Positions 12,853-24,527 of a DNA stretch of 64,000 bases are shown here, piece by piece. The DNA lies in the NCBI GenBank assembly GCA_051942205.1, contig JAVECO010000091.1, positions 1-64,000 on the forward strand. Reading direction: 5' to 3'. The stretch's first letter is position 1. Each line of letters opens with the position of its first letter. Under the pieces are notes generated by a model. That model ran no database searches, was not told where the DNA came from, and saw only the letters and a list, made by a program, of their open reading frames with translations. Made by a program: the position numbers and the translations under genes. The stretch is from Coniocarpon cinnabarinum (lineage: Eukaryota).

Positions 12853-14289
12853 CTAGAATCCCAACACCTCCACAAATCTCTCCTCCTGCGTCACGCTCAC
12901 CTCAGTCGTGACAAGCACCCCGCCCCCCTCCGCCATCCTCCTCAAATCATCCATCGGCACACTCTCGCTCCCATCCCTGACATGTAATCCCTTGACCATC
13001 TCCGCCCGTCCACTGGTCGTATGCGGATCATCGACCAGTCGCGTAAACCCCGTGTCCCCAGCCTCGACGCCACCCGGTCTGCGACTCAGACTCCGCGTGT
13101 GCCGGATCTGCGGCGCTGTGTGCTGGTTGCGGATTGAGGCCGGGAGACACACGGCGAGCAGCGGCACCATGCCTGGCATGCAGGCTGTGACGAGGTATAA
13201 AGAGGGTTCGAGAACCAACCATGAGATGATGAGGTTGCTGGCGTGGGGGTAAAGTTGTTCGTTGTCGTTGGTCATGAGCTCGTATTGGCGGACGATGCTG
13301 GCGATGAGGGCGCTGGAGGCGGTTCACGTTAGCATGAATCTCGCAAGCATGGCATTGCGAGCACATCGGTCATGCAATCGATTCAGAGAAACCGAGGAAG
13401 GAAATTGGGTACTGGAGGGAAGCAGAACTTACATCACGCTGGTAAGAAAACACAGCGAGTAGCCCATTCGTCGCGCGAAGCTGGCATTCAGGCGCCACAC
13501 CGTCGGCAGCGGCGACAAGATCAGGACCAAATCGACGAACATGTTCGGGGGAGTGAAGCTGCGGTAGAACTTGTTGATATCGACGCACTTGCCGCCGCCG
13601 GGGCGCATCTTGTCCCAGAAAAACGGCACGGGATAGCACTGGAGCAGACACGCAATCATGTAGGCGATGTACTGCAAGCTGACGAAGGCGATCATGGCCC
13701 AGCTAATTTGGCGGACGTACTTGACCTTGAAAATGCGCAAGTAGAGGACCAGGATCGAGAGGCGGGTGAAGAGGTAGCCGGGGAGGAGAAATTGGACACC
13801 GGCATAGGTTGATTTGAGGAGAGGGGTTATGCGATAATCGAGAATGGGACGGTCCGCGGGGCCATTGCCAATGGTCTCTTGTTTGTAGATGACTATAGGC
13901 ACTTCGATGAGTGCGAATCTCTGAAGAAATTGTGGTTGGTCAAACTTACAGAGGACAACAGCACATAGCGCGGTCGTCGAGACCCAAGCTGGTATCAACA
14001 GCCAGTCACTGAAGGGTGGAAGTCAGCACCGCATCATCGATCACATGAGAAGGTCAAGATCAAGAACTTACTCCCATCCCATCCGATAAGTCTTGCCACG
14101 CAAAAACACACTCGTGTAAAAACGCAAGAGAACAAAAAGAGTATTAAGGATGAGGAAAGAGATGGTGACACCCAGGAGCGGTGAAAGAGCCTGCTTTGCG
14201 GTCTCGCTTCCTTCGTAGCCTTGCCATGCTTGAGGGGAGCCAGGCAGAATGGCTGCCAAGGCGGCCATCTGTGCAGGGGTCAAAGACAT
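12853..14289 (-). CDS. Second PTH11-like (rhodopsin-domain) integral membrane protein, multi-exon
   Basis: 'FVLLRFYT', 'TRLSILVLYLRIF', 'QCYPVPFFWDK...GKC', 'DLVLILSPLPTVWRL', 'WLVLEPSLYLVTACMPGM'. Confidence 0.85.
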
Positions 14290-14732
14290 CTTGGACGGGA
14301 ATTGGAGGTTTCCGGGAGTGAATGCAAGATGGTCCCAATGCAGGCACTGAACGCAGAGTGCAGTCTTTGCTCGAGAGGAATGCAATCACGAGAGACGAGA
14401 AGAAGAAGAAGACGCCATAAGCAGGAAGCGGGAGAGATGTAGTAGATAGATGTCGTTCAGGTATAGGACGGCAGCGTGGTGAGGAGTAGTGAGAGACAAG
14501 CAAACGCCGCACGATGGAAAGGATCAAGAGAGGAACCCTTGTCGAGAGCGGGAGGGTGGAGACATGGGTGACGACGGAGACGGCGGGTAGTGGATGGTGG
14601 TGGTGTTGGTGTGGGTGTGGGTGTGAGGCAATGGATGGATAGGTAGATGGCTGTGGACCTGGTTTGTGAGCCTGCCCTACCTGCCTGACCTCTGTAGTGT
14701 CAGTGCCAGTCTGCGTGCGGAGGGAGGATGGC

Positions 14733-14765
14733 GAGTGACGAGTGACGAGTGACGAGTGACGAGTG
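14733..14765. repeat. (GAGTGAC)n heptamer microsatellite, ~4.5 copies
   Basis: Directly visible tandem repeat upstream of the second PTH11-like gene. Confidence 0.8.
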
Positions 14766-17113
14766 CAAACGTGGTTGAAGGAGCGGTCATGGCGAGCTAG
14801 TGCCTGCCCGCCCCTCTCAGCAGCGTACCAGAAATAGAGAGCCACTGGAAGCGAGCAGAACCTTAAGGTGCCCCCTCTATCTGACTCCCGCCCTGCCCCA
14901 TTGACTCGCGGATCTGACCGGGAAGGAGATGCAGATGCAGATGCTGGGGCAGCGGTGGACGACGCAATCTGCCTCGATCGGGGTCGGGGGGCAGTGACAA
15001 ATCGACGACCCAGCGATTGCCCTTCTGCACCCTCTCCGGCTCCAGGGGCATCACGCACCGTCTGACCGCCAGACACCCCTAGCACAACCAGACCACCAGC
15101 GGCACTCACTCCTGACCGTTCTACGCCTTGGCTGCACGAGCAGATCAAGTGGACGACCGTTGCACCACGTCGAACAGCAGGATGATTTGCCTGCGCCGGC
15201 TGAGTCGGGAGTCCAGTGTGCGCTGGTGCGTGCAGATGGTTCTCGTTGATCCACGGACCGTCATGTCGGTATCCATTGCCGAGGGCAAGAGCAAACCCCG
15301 TCGGCAGCATGCAGGCCACGAAGGATCAGGACCAGATGACAGCAGCGAATGCAGCATTAGACCTGCGCGACCGGCCGTGTGCGCTGCGTACTGGCGGCGG
15401 TGGTGATCAAGCGAGGCACAGACGTGTGAGTGGTAGGATGCAGCTAATCTTGGCCTAGACCGCCCGACCACTTGAAGGAAGGGTTTCAGCTTGGGACTGC
15501 AACCACTGGGCGTCCTCCCATTTGCACGCATGCTGCACCCGCGGCACAATCACAGAGATGCGCTGATGGTCAGATGAGGCTCATGTGGCGAGGCTGCATG
15601 CACATGTGCTTCGTGGGTGTGCAGCAAGTGTCCTGCTCTCTCGACAACGTGGGTGGGCGCATTGGACCTGCACTGCGTATAGCCGGTGTGGTGCCACCAC
15701 GTTGTGTCTGCAATACCGGAACCGGCATCCAGGTACATCAGAGCGCTGACCAGGCTGATGGGCTCGCGCCATTGGCCTGATCGGAGACCCCGGACCCCGG
15801 ACCCGAGTGCATGCAGTCCGTGCATACTCTTTACTGTACGGGGTATGCTGCTGGCCGATGCTCTCACGCCCACGTGCCCCACCGACTCATGACACGCTGC
15901 GACGGGGCAGGGGTCTGTTTCAGCAGGCGATGCACAACACATCCTGCAAGGCCTTGCACGATTGCACGATCCCAAGTCCATATGTGATGAAGCTCGTAGC
16001 GTGCAGCTGTGGAACAGGGTATACCTGTCCTCGAGCATCTCCACTGCCGTCCCATCTGTCAAACATTATTCCTTCGCAGCGTCCCTACCCGTGCCCGTCC
16101 CACGTCAGTGCGCTTTGATGCTTGTTCGATCGTCTGACCCACCAATCGCGCAGGCCGACTTCGAAAGGTCTGACAGAGCCTTGATCTGTTTGCCGTACGC
16201 GGGCCGCAAGAAAAAGAAGAGCCAACAGCCAAACCAACGCAATAAAGTGAGTCTCGTCGCTTGTTTGAGCTTGCGGTAATCTAGGTTTGTGGTCGATATA
16301 TCTCTACCATGGTCCACCTTGCATCTTACCCCTCTGACCCTTCGGTCGCACCTCACTATCATTCGCCGTTTCGCTCCTGAACGCCTCTGCCTGGGGCCGA
16401 TGGACAGACAGCTTTTACAGCACTGTTGCGCGATAATGTATGATGCTGTGACGACCACGCTTGTGGCGCTTCGCGTTGCCTGCAATGATCGTTTCGATAA
16501 CATTCGCATATACCGAATTCTTTGACTGGGCGTCTTCTCCATGAGTGCTCTTTGTATCTGGTTGCATGTAGCTGGCGAATTCTGCACGTGTACGTGCTTA
16601 AAAGTGTGCCTTGTGACGCAAGTTTGCTCTAGAGGTCGTATAAGACATGCCTTATTCGCAACAGCAAGTCTGCTGTATAACACCAACCAAGCTGCCGGGC
16701 AGGTGAGAGGCTGACGTGGCGTTGTGGCCTGTGAATCTCCAGCTTGAGACTCTGAAGCATTTGCAGCGCCAGTTGCGTCGCAATCTTGATGTTCCCCGTT
16801 GCCTGAAATTTCACGTAGCAGGTTGGACGCAGAATACAGCAATGCGTTGATGCTGATGCATTGTGCAGAGAAACATTTTCTGGACCTCGTTTCGCCTACT
16901 CATGTCGTGTGACGCTTTTCGCTCGACAAGTAGAGGTTCTTCGGCATGCAACTGCAAGGCTGGCTGCAAGAGGTTGCTCAACAGCTTTTGCGGAGAGGTT
17001 CAACGAGAGCATGTGCTGCACCGTGTTGTGCTGTCGCTACGGCATCGGGTATGCAGCGTCTCCAGCAACTTGTTCGTCTGTACATTCGTCTGTATGAATT
17101 TGACATGTGCTTG

Positions 17114-17374
17114 TCATCTCCTTGCAGGCTCCTCGACGTAGAACCCGGGGTCGGGCTTTCTCGCTGCATGCATCTCTCGTTTTGTCATTGGCTCCTTGAC
17201 CTCACTGACTGCCACCAGCTCTTTGACTTTCATGATCTGGCCTGCTGCCTGTGAACTGACGGGATGGAAGACTGTTTGCATACGTTTATGAAGTCCCAGT
17301 GCTTGTAGCACGGCCGAAGTTCGCCTAGGGAGACCAATAGAGCTACGAATTTGTGTAATCTTGAAGTACGCCAT
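17114..17374 (-). CDS. MRPL33: Mitochondrial ribosomal protein uL30m
   Basis: [16 protein letters not shown]...[16 protein letters not shown]...[13 protein letters not shown]...[10 protein letters not shown], an L30-family signature. Confidence 0.93.
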   Translation of the reverse strand: MAYFKITQIRSSIGLPRRTSAVLQALGLHKRMQTVFHPVSSQAAGQIMKVKELVAVSEVKEPMTKREMHAARKPDPGFYVEEPARR

Positions 17375-17826
17375 TTCGATAATTACTGACGAGGAGAGTC
17401 GTCCGCGATTCGGTGACAGATTCAGTGATGCTGTCGCAGCGGCCTTCTTCGGCGTTTGGGTCGGATGACAGTCCGGTGTGTTCCACTGTAGATGCTATGC
17501 TAAATTTTTGCTCTCAGTTTTTGCTTGAAGACGGGAATGCGGGGATAAGAGCCGATGACAAGGACTGTGGGAAAGTATGACACGTCGACTGGTTTGAGGC
17601 CAGACACGATAAGTTGCGACGATGGATGAGGACGTTGTTATGTGTTGCGCAGATGGTGAGCAACAGTGGCATGGGATAGAGACGCTTCAAAGATTACTCT
17701 CAACTGGGCGCCAAGACTCTTAAGCTCCCGTACGGACGGAGCTATGATCAACCTTAAACACCAAGATTAGCAAACACCGTGACATTGCGCACGCTCTGCG
17801 AAGCGCCTCTTGCATGCACAAACACG

Positions 17827-20136
17827 ATGAATGATGGCGCTACGGATACGTCCAGCGGCCCAACCCTCCGCGAACTGCTCCGCAATCCAGACGATCTCCA
17901 CAAGATCGCATCCCTCAAATCCGACTTCACACGCAAGAAAGCCACCATAGATGCCTCGCTCAAGGTCGGCTTGGCTGAGCAGCTGCAACTCACCCAAGCT
18001 GGCATGGCATCGCTGTCGGATGGTCAGGAGACCATGGCAGAGATCAAAGCAGAGATGATGAAGATCGACCGACTTTGTGCAGATGCGAGAGAGCTTATAC
18101 GGAACTTTCCTGAAATCAACGCTGTTGCGCAGGCGCACAGAAATTTTCAGGCGGTGGAGGCGATGCAGAGGAATATCGAAGACTTTGATACTAGACTAGA
18201 AGGCGTCATGCAGCTCTTGAATGAGGATGAAGACGACCCCGACACCCAACCCCACCTATTAGAGATCCACCATGCGATTACACGGCTACGAGAGATTCGA
18301 GATGATGCCATGATGCAGGTACAGAAGACACAGGATGAGTCGCTCGAGGATACACTCAAAGGTGTCTTCGGTGGCCTGAGTGCGGCTATCGAGAAGTTCG
18401 ACGAGCATGTGGGCGCGGCATGTATGGGTCTGATTCCGCACGTCATGTCTGACAATCACTCTCTTGTGGTCAGACTTGCGATCATCATTGAAGAGGAGGA
18501 AAAGTTTGATCAACGAATGCTGGAGCTGCAAGAGGCGCAGAAGGAGTTCAAAGATATTGGAGGCAAGTTCACGGCCCTTGAAGAGGGCGCACATGAGCTC
18601 CGAGGCTACAAAGACAAGTTCCTTGAAGCTATCAAGCTGTACGCCGAAGGTCAGATACAAGATGCGGACGAAGCTCTCATGAATGACCCTGATCGGTTGG
18701 AAAAGTCATTGAGATGGTATTTCAATGACCTCAACACCGTCAAGAAGGGAATGGTACCTCTCATGCCTAAGAAATGGCGCATCTTCCACACGTACACCCA
18801 GATCTATCACAAGCTTCTGCACGAATGGCTCACCAATCGTGCCTCTGACAAAGACATCACCCCGCCTCACATGCTTGCCATCATCCACTGGAAGGACAAA
18901 TACTACGAAAAGATGCATCGCCTAGGCGCAGATCCTAAAGACCTCGACCCCCCGCTTCCAGGTGGTCGCGACTCTGATCTCGTCCGCGAGTATCGCCAGC
19001 TCATTGTCGAAAAGGTCGAGCAATGGATGAACCAGCTCAACGCCAACGATCGGGCCGCTTTCCTGGCGCGTGACGAATCTACTCTAACCCCTGACCAACA
19101 TAGCCGCATTCGCACAAAGACCCTAGGCGACATGTGGCGCATGTTACGCGAGCAGCTGACCGTTGCCTCCACTGCTAAGATCCTCGAAATCACCGAGGGT
19201 GTCATCGATGCCATGTTCCGTGCCCTGAAGACGCGGCAAGACATGTGGACAGACCTCGTCAACTCTGAGCTCGCCAAGTACATCCAGGCCCAGTCCAGTA
19301 GCTCAGAGCCTCCGCAGCTCGAAGGCATCCAAGCCCTACAAGACTGGCTCATTGCGCTGGCCAACGACCAAATCGTTTCCATCGCCGACGCTGACGCTAA
19401 TTACGGACAGCTAGGCTATCTTCCAGCCTTCCAAGGCGCCTTCGCAGAGCTCGTCTCCCCCGAGTATCAACACCTCGCTGAGGACAAAGTCGAGACTCTC
19501 AAAGAAGGCATGACCGATCTCGGCTTCCGCTGCATCACCGTCTTCGTCCGCCTCATCTTCGCCATCGACTTCCGCTCCATCATGGCCGATTTCTTCACGC
19601 CGAACTGGTACGCTGGGAAAGGCGGCGCGAGCATGGGTGCCATCATCTCCACGTTTGAAGACTACCTGGGCGACTACAGCAATGTGTTGCATCCACTCCT
19701 CGCGGAGCTGCTGGTCATTGAGCTCTCCAAAAAGCTGCTTGTCGCCTACCTAGGTGCGGTAAGGAATAAACACGCCAAATTCCCACGGACCGCACCGTAT
19801 AATGAGCGCGTCAAGGCCGACGTCGGGGCCGCGTTCAAGTTTTTCGAGAGGTTTCCGGACGTGTATCCGGATGTCAAGGAAGACTGGAAGGTGGTGTCCA
19901 CGGTCATCAATTTGGTTGAGGTGGACAAGCACGTCATACAAGCGGAGTTCCGCGGATTTGTGAGCCAGTACTGGGACGTCAAAGTGGGATGGGTGGAGAG
20001 TTTGTTGCGGTGTCGAGATGATATCGATTGGGGACCGCTCGGGGATGGCAAGAGCTTCATGAAGGGCATTCGGGCTGTCGTAGCTGAGAATCGGGAGGGT
20101 CGCGGTCCTGAAACGATCATGGCGGACGTGGGATGA
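17827..20136 (+). CDS. SEC6: Exocyst component Sec6
   Basis: 'ELLRNPDDLHKIASLKSDFTRKKATIDASLK', 'DWLIALANDQI'; long helical ORF of about 770 aa. Confidence 0.93.
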   Translation: MNDGATDTSSGPTLRELLRNPDDLHKIASLKSDFTRKKATIDASLKVGLAEQLQLTQAGMASLSDGQETMAEIKAEMMKIDRLCADARELIRNFPEINAVAQAHRNFQAVEAMQRNIEDFDTRLEGVMQLLNEDEDDPDTQPHLLEIHHAITRLREIRDDAMMQVQKTQDESLEDTLKGVFGGLSAAIEKFDEHVGAACMGLIPHVMSDNHSLVVRLAIIIEEEEKFDQRMLELQEAQKEFKDIGGKFTALEEGAHELRGYKDKFLEAIKLYAEGQIQDADEALMNDPDRLEKSLRWYFNDLNTVKKGMVPLMPKKWRIFHTYTQIYHKLLHEWLTNRASDKDITPPHMLAIIHWKDKYYEKMHRLGADPKDLDPPLPGGRDSDLVREYRQLIVEKVEQWMNQLNANDRAAFLARDESTLTPDQHSRIRTKTLGDMWRMLREQLTVASTAKILEITEGVIDAMFRALKTRQDMWTDLVNSELAKYIQAQSSSSEPPQLEGIQALQDWLIALANDQIVSIADADANYGQLGYLPAFQGAFAELVSPEYQHLAEDKVETLKEGMTDLGFRCITVFVRLIFAIDFRSIMADFFTPNWYAGKGGASMGAIISTFEDYLGDYSNVLHPLLAELLVIELSKKLLVAYLGAVRNKHAKFPRTAPYNERVKADVGAAFKFFERFPDVYPDVKEDWKVVSTVINLVEVDKHVIQAEFRGFVSQYWDVKVGWVESLLRCRDDIDWGPLGDGKSFMKGIRAVVAENREGRGPETIMADVG

Positions 20137-20486
20137 ACTGCGGATGCATCCTCGTCTGCGCTGGCCGACTATGTGGACTGTTCATGTACGACTTTTTGGT
20201 TTGAAAGCAAGGCGTCCCGGTTTCATTGATGGAATGGATCAATATTGGTTAATGATACAACGTGAATTAACACTGGACTTGTGTCCTTCATGTCCTGTTA
20301 TGTCTCAAACGCCGCGCGCAATTGCTCACCCATGCTTTTTAGGTCATAAGACTAAATGCGCTCAAGTCCGTCACGCTCAGATCACGTAAGAGATTGGTGC
20401 TGTTTTTCCCACAGGCCCACGTAAGCAACATAGCGTGGCATTAGTAAAACTTGCCAATCCTACCAGGAACCATGCTTTTCTGCGGT

Positions 20487-23400
20487 CTACCGGCCTCGTC
20501 CAGGTCTCCCCTTTCCAAACCCGGCCTTCGCCACTCTTCCCCGTCCGCCACCTCTTCCGCGACCGTTTCCTTTCATATGTCCTACGCGCTTTGGACTCCT
20601 AATCTCGCCCCTCCCTGGCGTCTTCTCTCCTCCATTGCTTCTGCCTGGGATTCGCCTTGCATCCTCCATCTCCACATCTTCATCCTGTCCCCTTACATTC
20701 TTGACTTTCAACCTGCCTCGTTGACCCCTCGCTACTGCATGCTTACCTCGAATGGCGTCCACGTATGCATCGATGCCCTTCTCAAGCGACCTGCCGTCTG
20801 CTTTTGATTCCAAATCAAGCATTTCAGCGTCGTCACCTTCGCCATCGTTGTCATCATCTTTGAACACAAGCTTGCCATCTGCATCCGTCTTGCTCTTTGC
20901 GCCATGCTTCTTGGCAATTTGGGGCGCAGCACGGGGTCTGGTTGAAGAGATGCGCGAAATTGCTTGCTTATCGAGGAGATCGAGCGGCTCGTCCGGAGCT
21001 TCGTGAATATACGCTTCGTTGGTTCCCCTGCGCCGCTGGTGCTCTGCGGTGCGCTTCTCATGACGATGTCGTGATGCAGCCTGCGAAACCCTGTCACCGT
21101 CGTCGCTCTCCTCTGACTCATCCGAAGAACCGTAAATAGCCTCGTCAAACTCGTTGCTGAATCTCTGTTTCGGCTCTGCTGTCGGCTCTTCATTTTCGTC
21201 TGTCTTGCCGCCTTTCTTCAGACGCTTACGGCGCTCACGTGCTTTGCGGATATTCGTAATGAGCTTTTGATCCTCCTCAGGACAATGGCGCTCGACGACA
21301 TCGATGCCAAACCGGCGGATCATGCGCTCGAGAATGTTCTTGACTTTGGCGCGAAAGTTGGCTTTGTGTTCATGACTCCAGGCTATTAAGCGAGGAATCA
21401 GCTCTGGCAGGCGAGGGCTTAGGATGTCAGGATTAAGTGTGATCACAGCAACTTTAATGAATCCAAGGACCGAGCCAACCACTTCTCTGGTCGGAGAGTC
21501 GAGGAAAAGAGACATTGTGTCGACAACGCCTTGCAGCGTTTCAGTGGACAAAGAAGGGTAAAACGAGAAGAGTGCTCGAGAGATGGCCGTGACGGAAGCC
21601 GAGATCATGTGAGGCGTGCTACCTGCGAGACCTGCGGAGAGAATCGTGAAGTACTCATCAAGGCTAGCTGGCGTCGCTGTGGCATCGGAAGCGCTGTTTG
21701 GTACGCGACTGTTGTCAATAGTACCACCCTTGGCCATGCGCTCACCCATGTGTACGATTAGACCATAGGCGGTTTCTCGAGCACGTTCGTTTGTTTCCTT
21801 GGTGCGAATAATGACCTCCGGTAGGATGCTGGGCACGAAGGCAAGGTCGGCATTGGGGAGTACCTTGACCACTTCCACGAGAGCGGCAAGACGGTCTTTA
21901 CGTGCTGGCATGAGGGTCGCATCCGTATTGGAAAGCATGAGGGCCTGCAGCTCGGTACTCCGCTCACGTAAAGCGTCTCGGCCCTTCTCGGCCTGTGCAA
22001 GACGTGGGATGAGCTTGTAGGCTTTCTTCTGAAGTTGAGGTTCACGCTGCTGTGAAGTGATGGTCGAGGCGATGATGAAGAGCCGCTGGTATGACTCGCG
22101 GGGCAGATAAAGTGCCATTGTGACGAGGATATCCATCAGGGCGTGAGTCATGGGCGGTAGACTTGTTTTAGGCTTCGCTGTCTTGACCATAGGCTTCGAG
22201 TCTGGTTTGGCAGAGAATTCGGCAAACGAGGTTTCAAACGTTGTGGTGACTCGCTCAAAGGTTTGCGCCAGCTCAGCGGTTGGAGTTATTGACAAGTAGA
22301 TATTGATGGCAGCCAGAAGGGGAGCTCTGTGCTGTGGTAGCGTCTCGCCATACACGTTGAAGAGAACAGCAAGCATATTCGCAGCATACTTTGATAGGTG
22401 ATCAAGGTGTGACTGTGCAAGCTCCTTAGTGAGACGATTGTTGACTACCAAGAGCTCTGCAGAGTCTTCATGTTCGTGCTGCACAATGTCCTTGTATCCT
22501 TGAACAAGGTTCAGTAGGGCTCGACACAGGTCATTCCGCATCTGCGGCTGCTGGTAAAGAAGGTTTGAGATCATCTCTGCCATTGACTGATCGAATGCAT
22601 TTGCACAATCAGTCGGTCGGTCACAGTATCCTGGTAAGCATGACCAGATTTGTTGAACCAGGGTCTCGAATATCTTGGTCTCCATGGTCTTCTTATCCCC
22701 AGCATCCATAACGTTCTGGAAAAGCCTCTCGCTTAATGGCACGAAACTTGTTTTGAAATGTGCCAGAGAAGTATTTGATACATGATCTCGTATCACAGGT
22801 ATTAGCCATGCCCGCCCTTGTCGTCGAGCTGAATCTACGCCAAGGTTGAGTGGCAGAATCTGTAGCACATTTTCAGGTCCCATGTATTGGACAGCACTGG
22901 CGATGACTACATCGGCTTTTTCCTTGTCTTGGAATGACTCGCTGGCACGCAGCTCGCCCACCGTCTGCACTGCTTTGTTCAGGAGTGGAACTGAATGCCA
23001 GCGAAAGTTTCCAAGCATAGCTCCTAGCACGCCAAACACTTCCATCCAAGCTGACTGAAATTTGACATCAAACAATCCATTCATAGTATTTGCAAGCTTC
23101 TCGACCACTTTTTCATCCATCACCGACGGCTCGAGAATGATGCTAGCAGGAATGCAATTTACTAGCAGTGAGACTAGACATTCCGAAGCAGAAGAGCGAA
23201 TCTCGTATAAGCTAGAAGCAAGAAAGCTCGATACCTTTGCGAAGATCTCTGGTAACCTCTGAAATGTTTCGATCTCGTCGACTTGTGCATAGACGTCGTA
23301 GCCGCGTGCAACGACGGCAATCCAAGGAGGAAGTAACTGGGTATCATTCTGAGATGGTTGCATATCCGTCATGGCATCAAGGAGGTGAGACAATTTTTCG

Positions 23401-24254
23401 GAGCTCTCCTCATCCTTTGCCATGCCCCCAATTACGGTCTCGAACACTTCGAACGCCGTGCTCGTCAAGAAACTGTTCCTAGACCGTGCAACTGTGAAGA
23501 GTGCTTGTGATAGCGACTCAAGACCTCTGCTAGGCCAACCTCCAGCGGACTTTGCAATGACCTTTACCAGCTGCATGGCATGGATTAAGGCAGGATCGTG
23601 ACCCTGGCTCTGATTGACCTGTTTTCCAATGCTCTCATGACCGGCAGCAAATTCCTGAATGGATAGCAGAGCAGTCTCTGCGCAAAGATCGGCGGCTGGA
23701 TGGTCCAGTGAAGGACTTGCTGGCCTGTGCTCCAGAACCGATGCGATGCCATCTTGTGCCCGTTTTCTTACCTTCGGCCTCGGATCAAGAGCCAACTTCA
23801 ATAGTCCAGCTAGTGCTTGTCGAGCTCCCGCTTGATTCTGTGGCAAAGTCCAAGCTTTGGCATCTTGCGCAACGAGCAAAGAGACCAGTGTACCTATTGA
23901 AGCGCGTAAGAGGGCTGAGTCAACATCCGCGTTGCTCAGTGCAGGCCCAAGAATGTTGAGAATGGATACGAATTTGGACTTCAAAAGTGGCACTGGTACA
24001 CTCGGTGTTACAAGATCGAGTAAATATACCACAGCATTTCCAACCTCGCTATTTTGACTCCCATTACCAGAGATATGTTGACCAAGGAGCGACAGCAAGG
24101 CTGCAAAGTAAGCCGTGGGTGTAAACTCTGAATTCTGTCCTTGGAGTGTGTCTTCGACTGCAAGAAGTACGACTCGAGTTTGCTGCTGATTCTGAAGGTC
24201 TGGAGAAGATCTGATCTTTTCTAATCTTCCTTGCAACGTCTCAGCGCTGCCCAT
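20487..24254 (-). CDS. RRP12: Ribosomal RNA-processing protein 12 (NUC173/HEAT)
   Basis: 'DPRPKVRKRAQD', 'GRAWLIPVIRD', 'QIWSCLPGYCD', 'AGLAGSTPHMISAS', 'KVKNILERMIRRFG'. Start taken at MGSAETL. Confidence 0.95.
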   Translation of the reverse strand: MGSAETLQGRLEKIRSSPDLQNQQQTRVVLLAVEDTLQGQNSEFTPTAYFAALLSLLGQHISGNGSQNSEVGNAVVYLLDLVTPSVPVPLLKSKFVSILNILGPALSNADVDSALLRASIGTLVSLLVAQDAKAWTLPQNQAGARQALAGLLKLALDPRPKVRKRAQDGIASVLEHRPASPSLDHPAADLCAETALLSIQEFAAGHESIGKQVNQSQGHDPALIHAMQLVKVIAKSAGGWPSRGLESLSQALFTVARSRNSFLTSTAFEVFETVIGGMAKDEESSEKLSHLLDAMTDMQPSQNDTQLLPPWIAVVARGYDVYAQVDEIETFQRLPEIFAKVSSFLASSLYEIRSSASECLVSLLVNCIPASIILEPSVMDEKVVEKLANTMNGLFDVKFQSAWMEVFGVLGAMLGNFRWHSVPLLNKAVQTVGELRASESFQDKEKADVVIASAVQYMGPENVLQILPLNLGVDSARRQGRAWLIPVIRDHVSNTSLAHFKTSFVPLSERLFQNVMDAGDKKTMETKIFETLVQQIWSCLPGYCDRPTDCANAFDQSMAEMISNLLYQQPQMRNDLCRALLNLVQGYKDIVQHEHEDSAELLVVNNRLTKELAQSHLDHLSKYAANMLAVLFNVYGETLPQHRAPLLAAINIYLSITPTAELAQTFERVTTTFETSFAEFSAKPDSKPMVKTAKPKTSLPPMTHALMDILVTMALYLPRESYQRLFIIASTITSQQREPQLQKKAYKLIPRLAQAEKGRDALRERSTELQALMLSNTDATLMPARKDRLAALVEVVKVLPNADLAFVPSILPEVIIRTKETNERARETAYGLIVHMGERMAKGGTIDNSRVPNSASDATATPASLDEYFTILSAGLAGSTPHMISASVTAISRALFSFYPSLSTETLQGVVDTMSLFLDSPTREVVGSVLGFIKVAVITLNPDILSPRLPELIPRLIAWSHEHKANFRAKVKNILERMIRRFGIDVVERHCPEEDQKLITNIRKARERRKRLKKGGKTDENEEPTAEPKQRFSNEFDEAIYGSSDESEESDDGDRVSQAASRHRHEKRTAEHQRRRGTNEAYIHEAPDEPLDLLDKQAISRISSTRPRAAPQIAKKHGAKSKTDADGKLVFKDDDNDGEGDDAEMLDLESKADGRSLEKGIDAYVDAIRGKHAVARGQRGRLKVKNVRGQDEDVEMEDARRIPGRSNGGEKTPGRGEIRSPKRVGHMKGNGRGRGGGRGRVAKAGFGKGRPGRGR

Positions 24255-24527
24255 GGCTTCCGTCGTCTTGAGTGAATACTCATGGAGATTTTTAAGAAAT
24301 GCCACAATGTTTCAATACATACTGTAATACTGTAGATGGATCAATATCAGGTATTGTTCCTCCGATAAATATCGAAGTTTCCCATGTCTTGCCGCGGCCT
24401 AACTTCGGGAGAAGCTAATTCCAATGGCGATGACGTACCGCGTGCATGTGGCGATCAGTCCATTAGTGAGAGCACGTGTTCTCTGAGCTCAGACAATCCA
24501 TAGTCCGTTGTTTGAAAAGTTTGAAGA

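Noticed and set aside
14144..16842. Long ORFs (391, 170 and 245 aa) upstream of the second PTH11-like gene
   Set aside because: Low-complexity translations that cross microsatellites with no domain motifs; more likely a long promoter/5' UTR.
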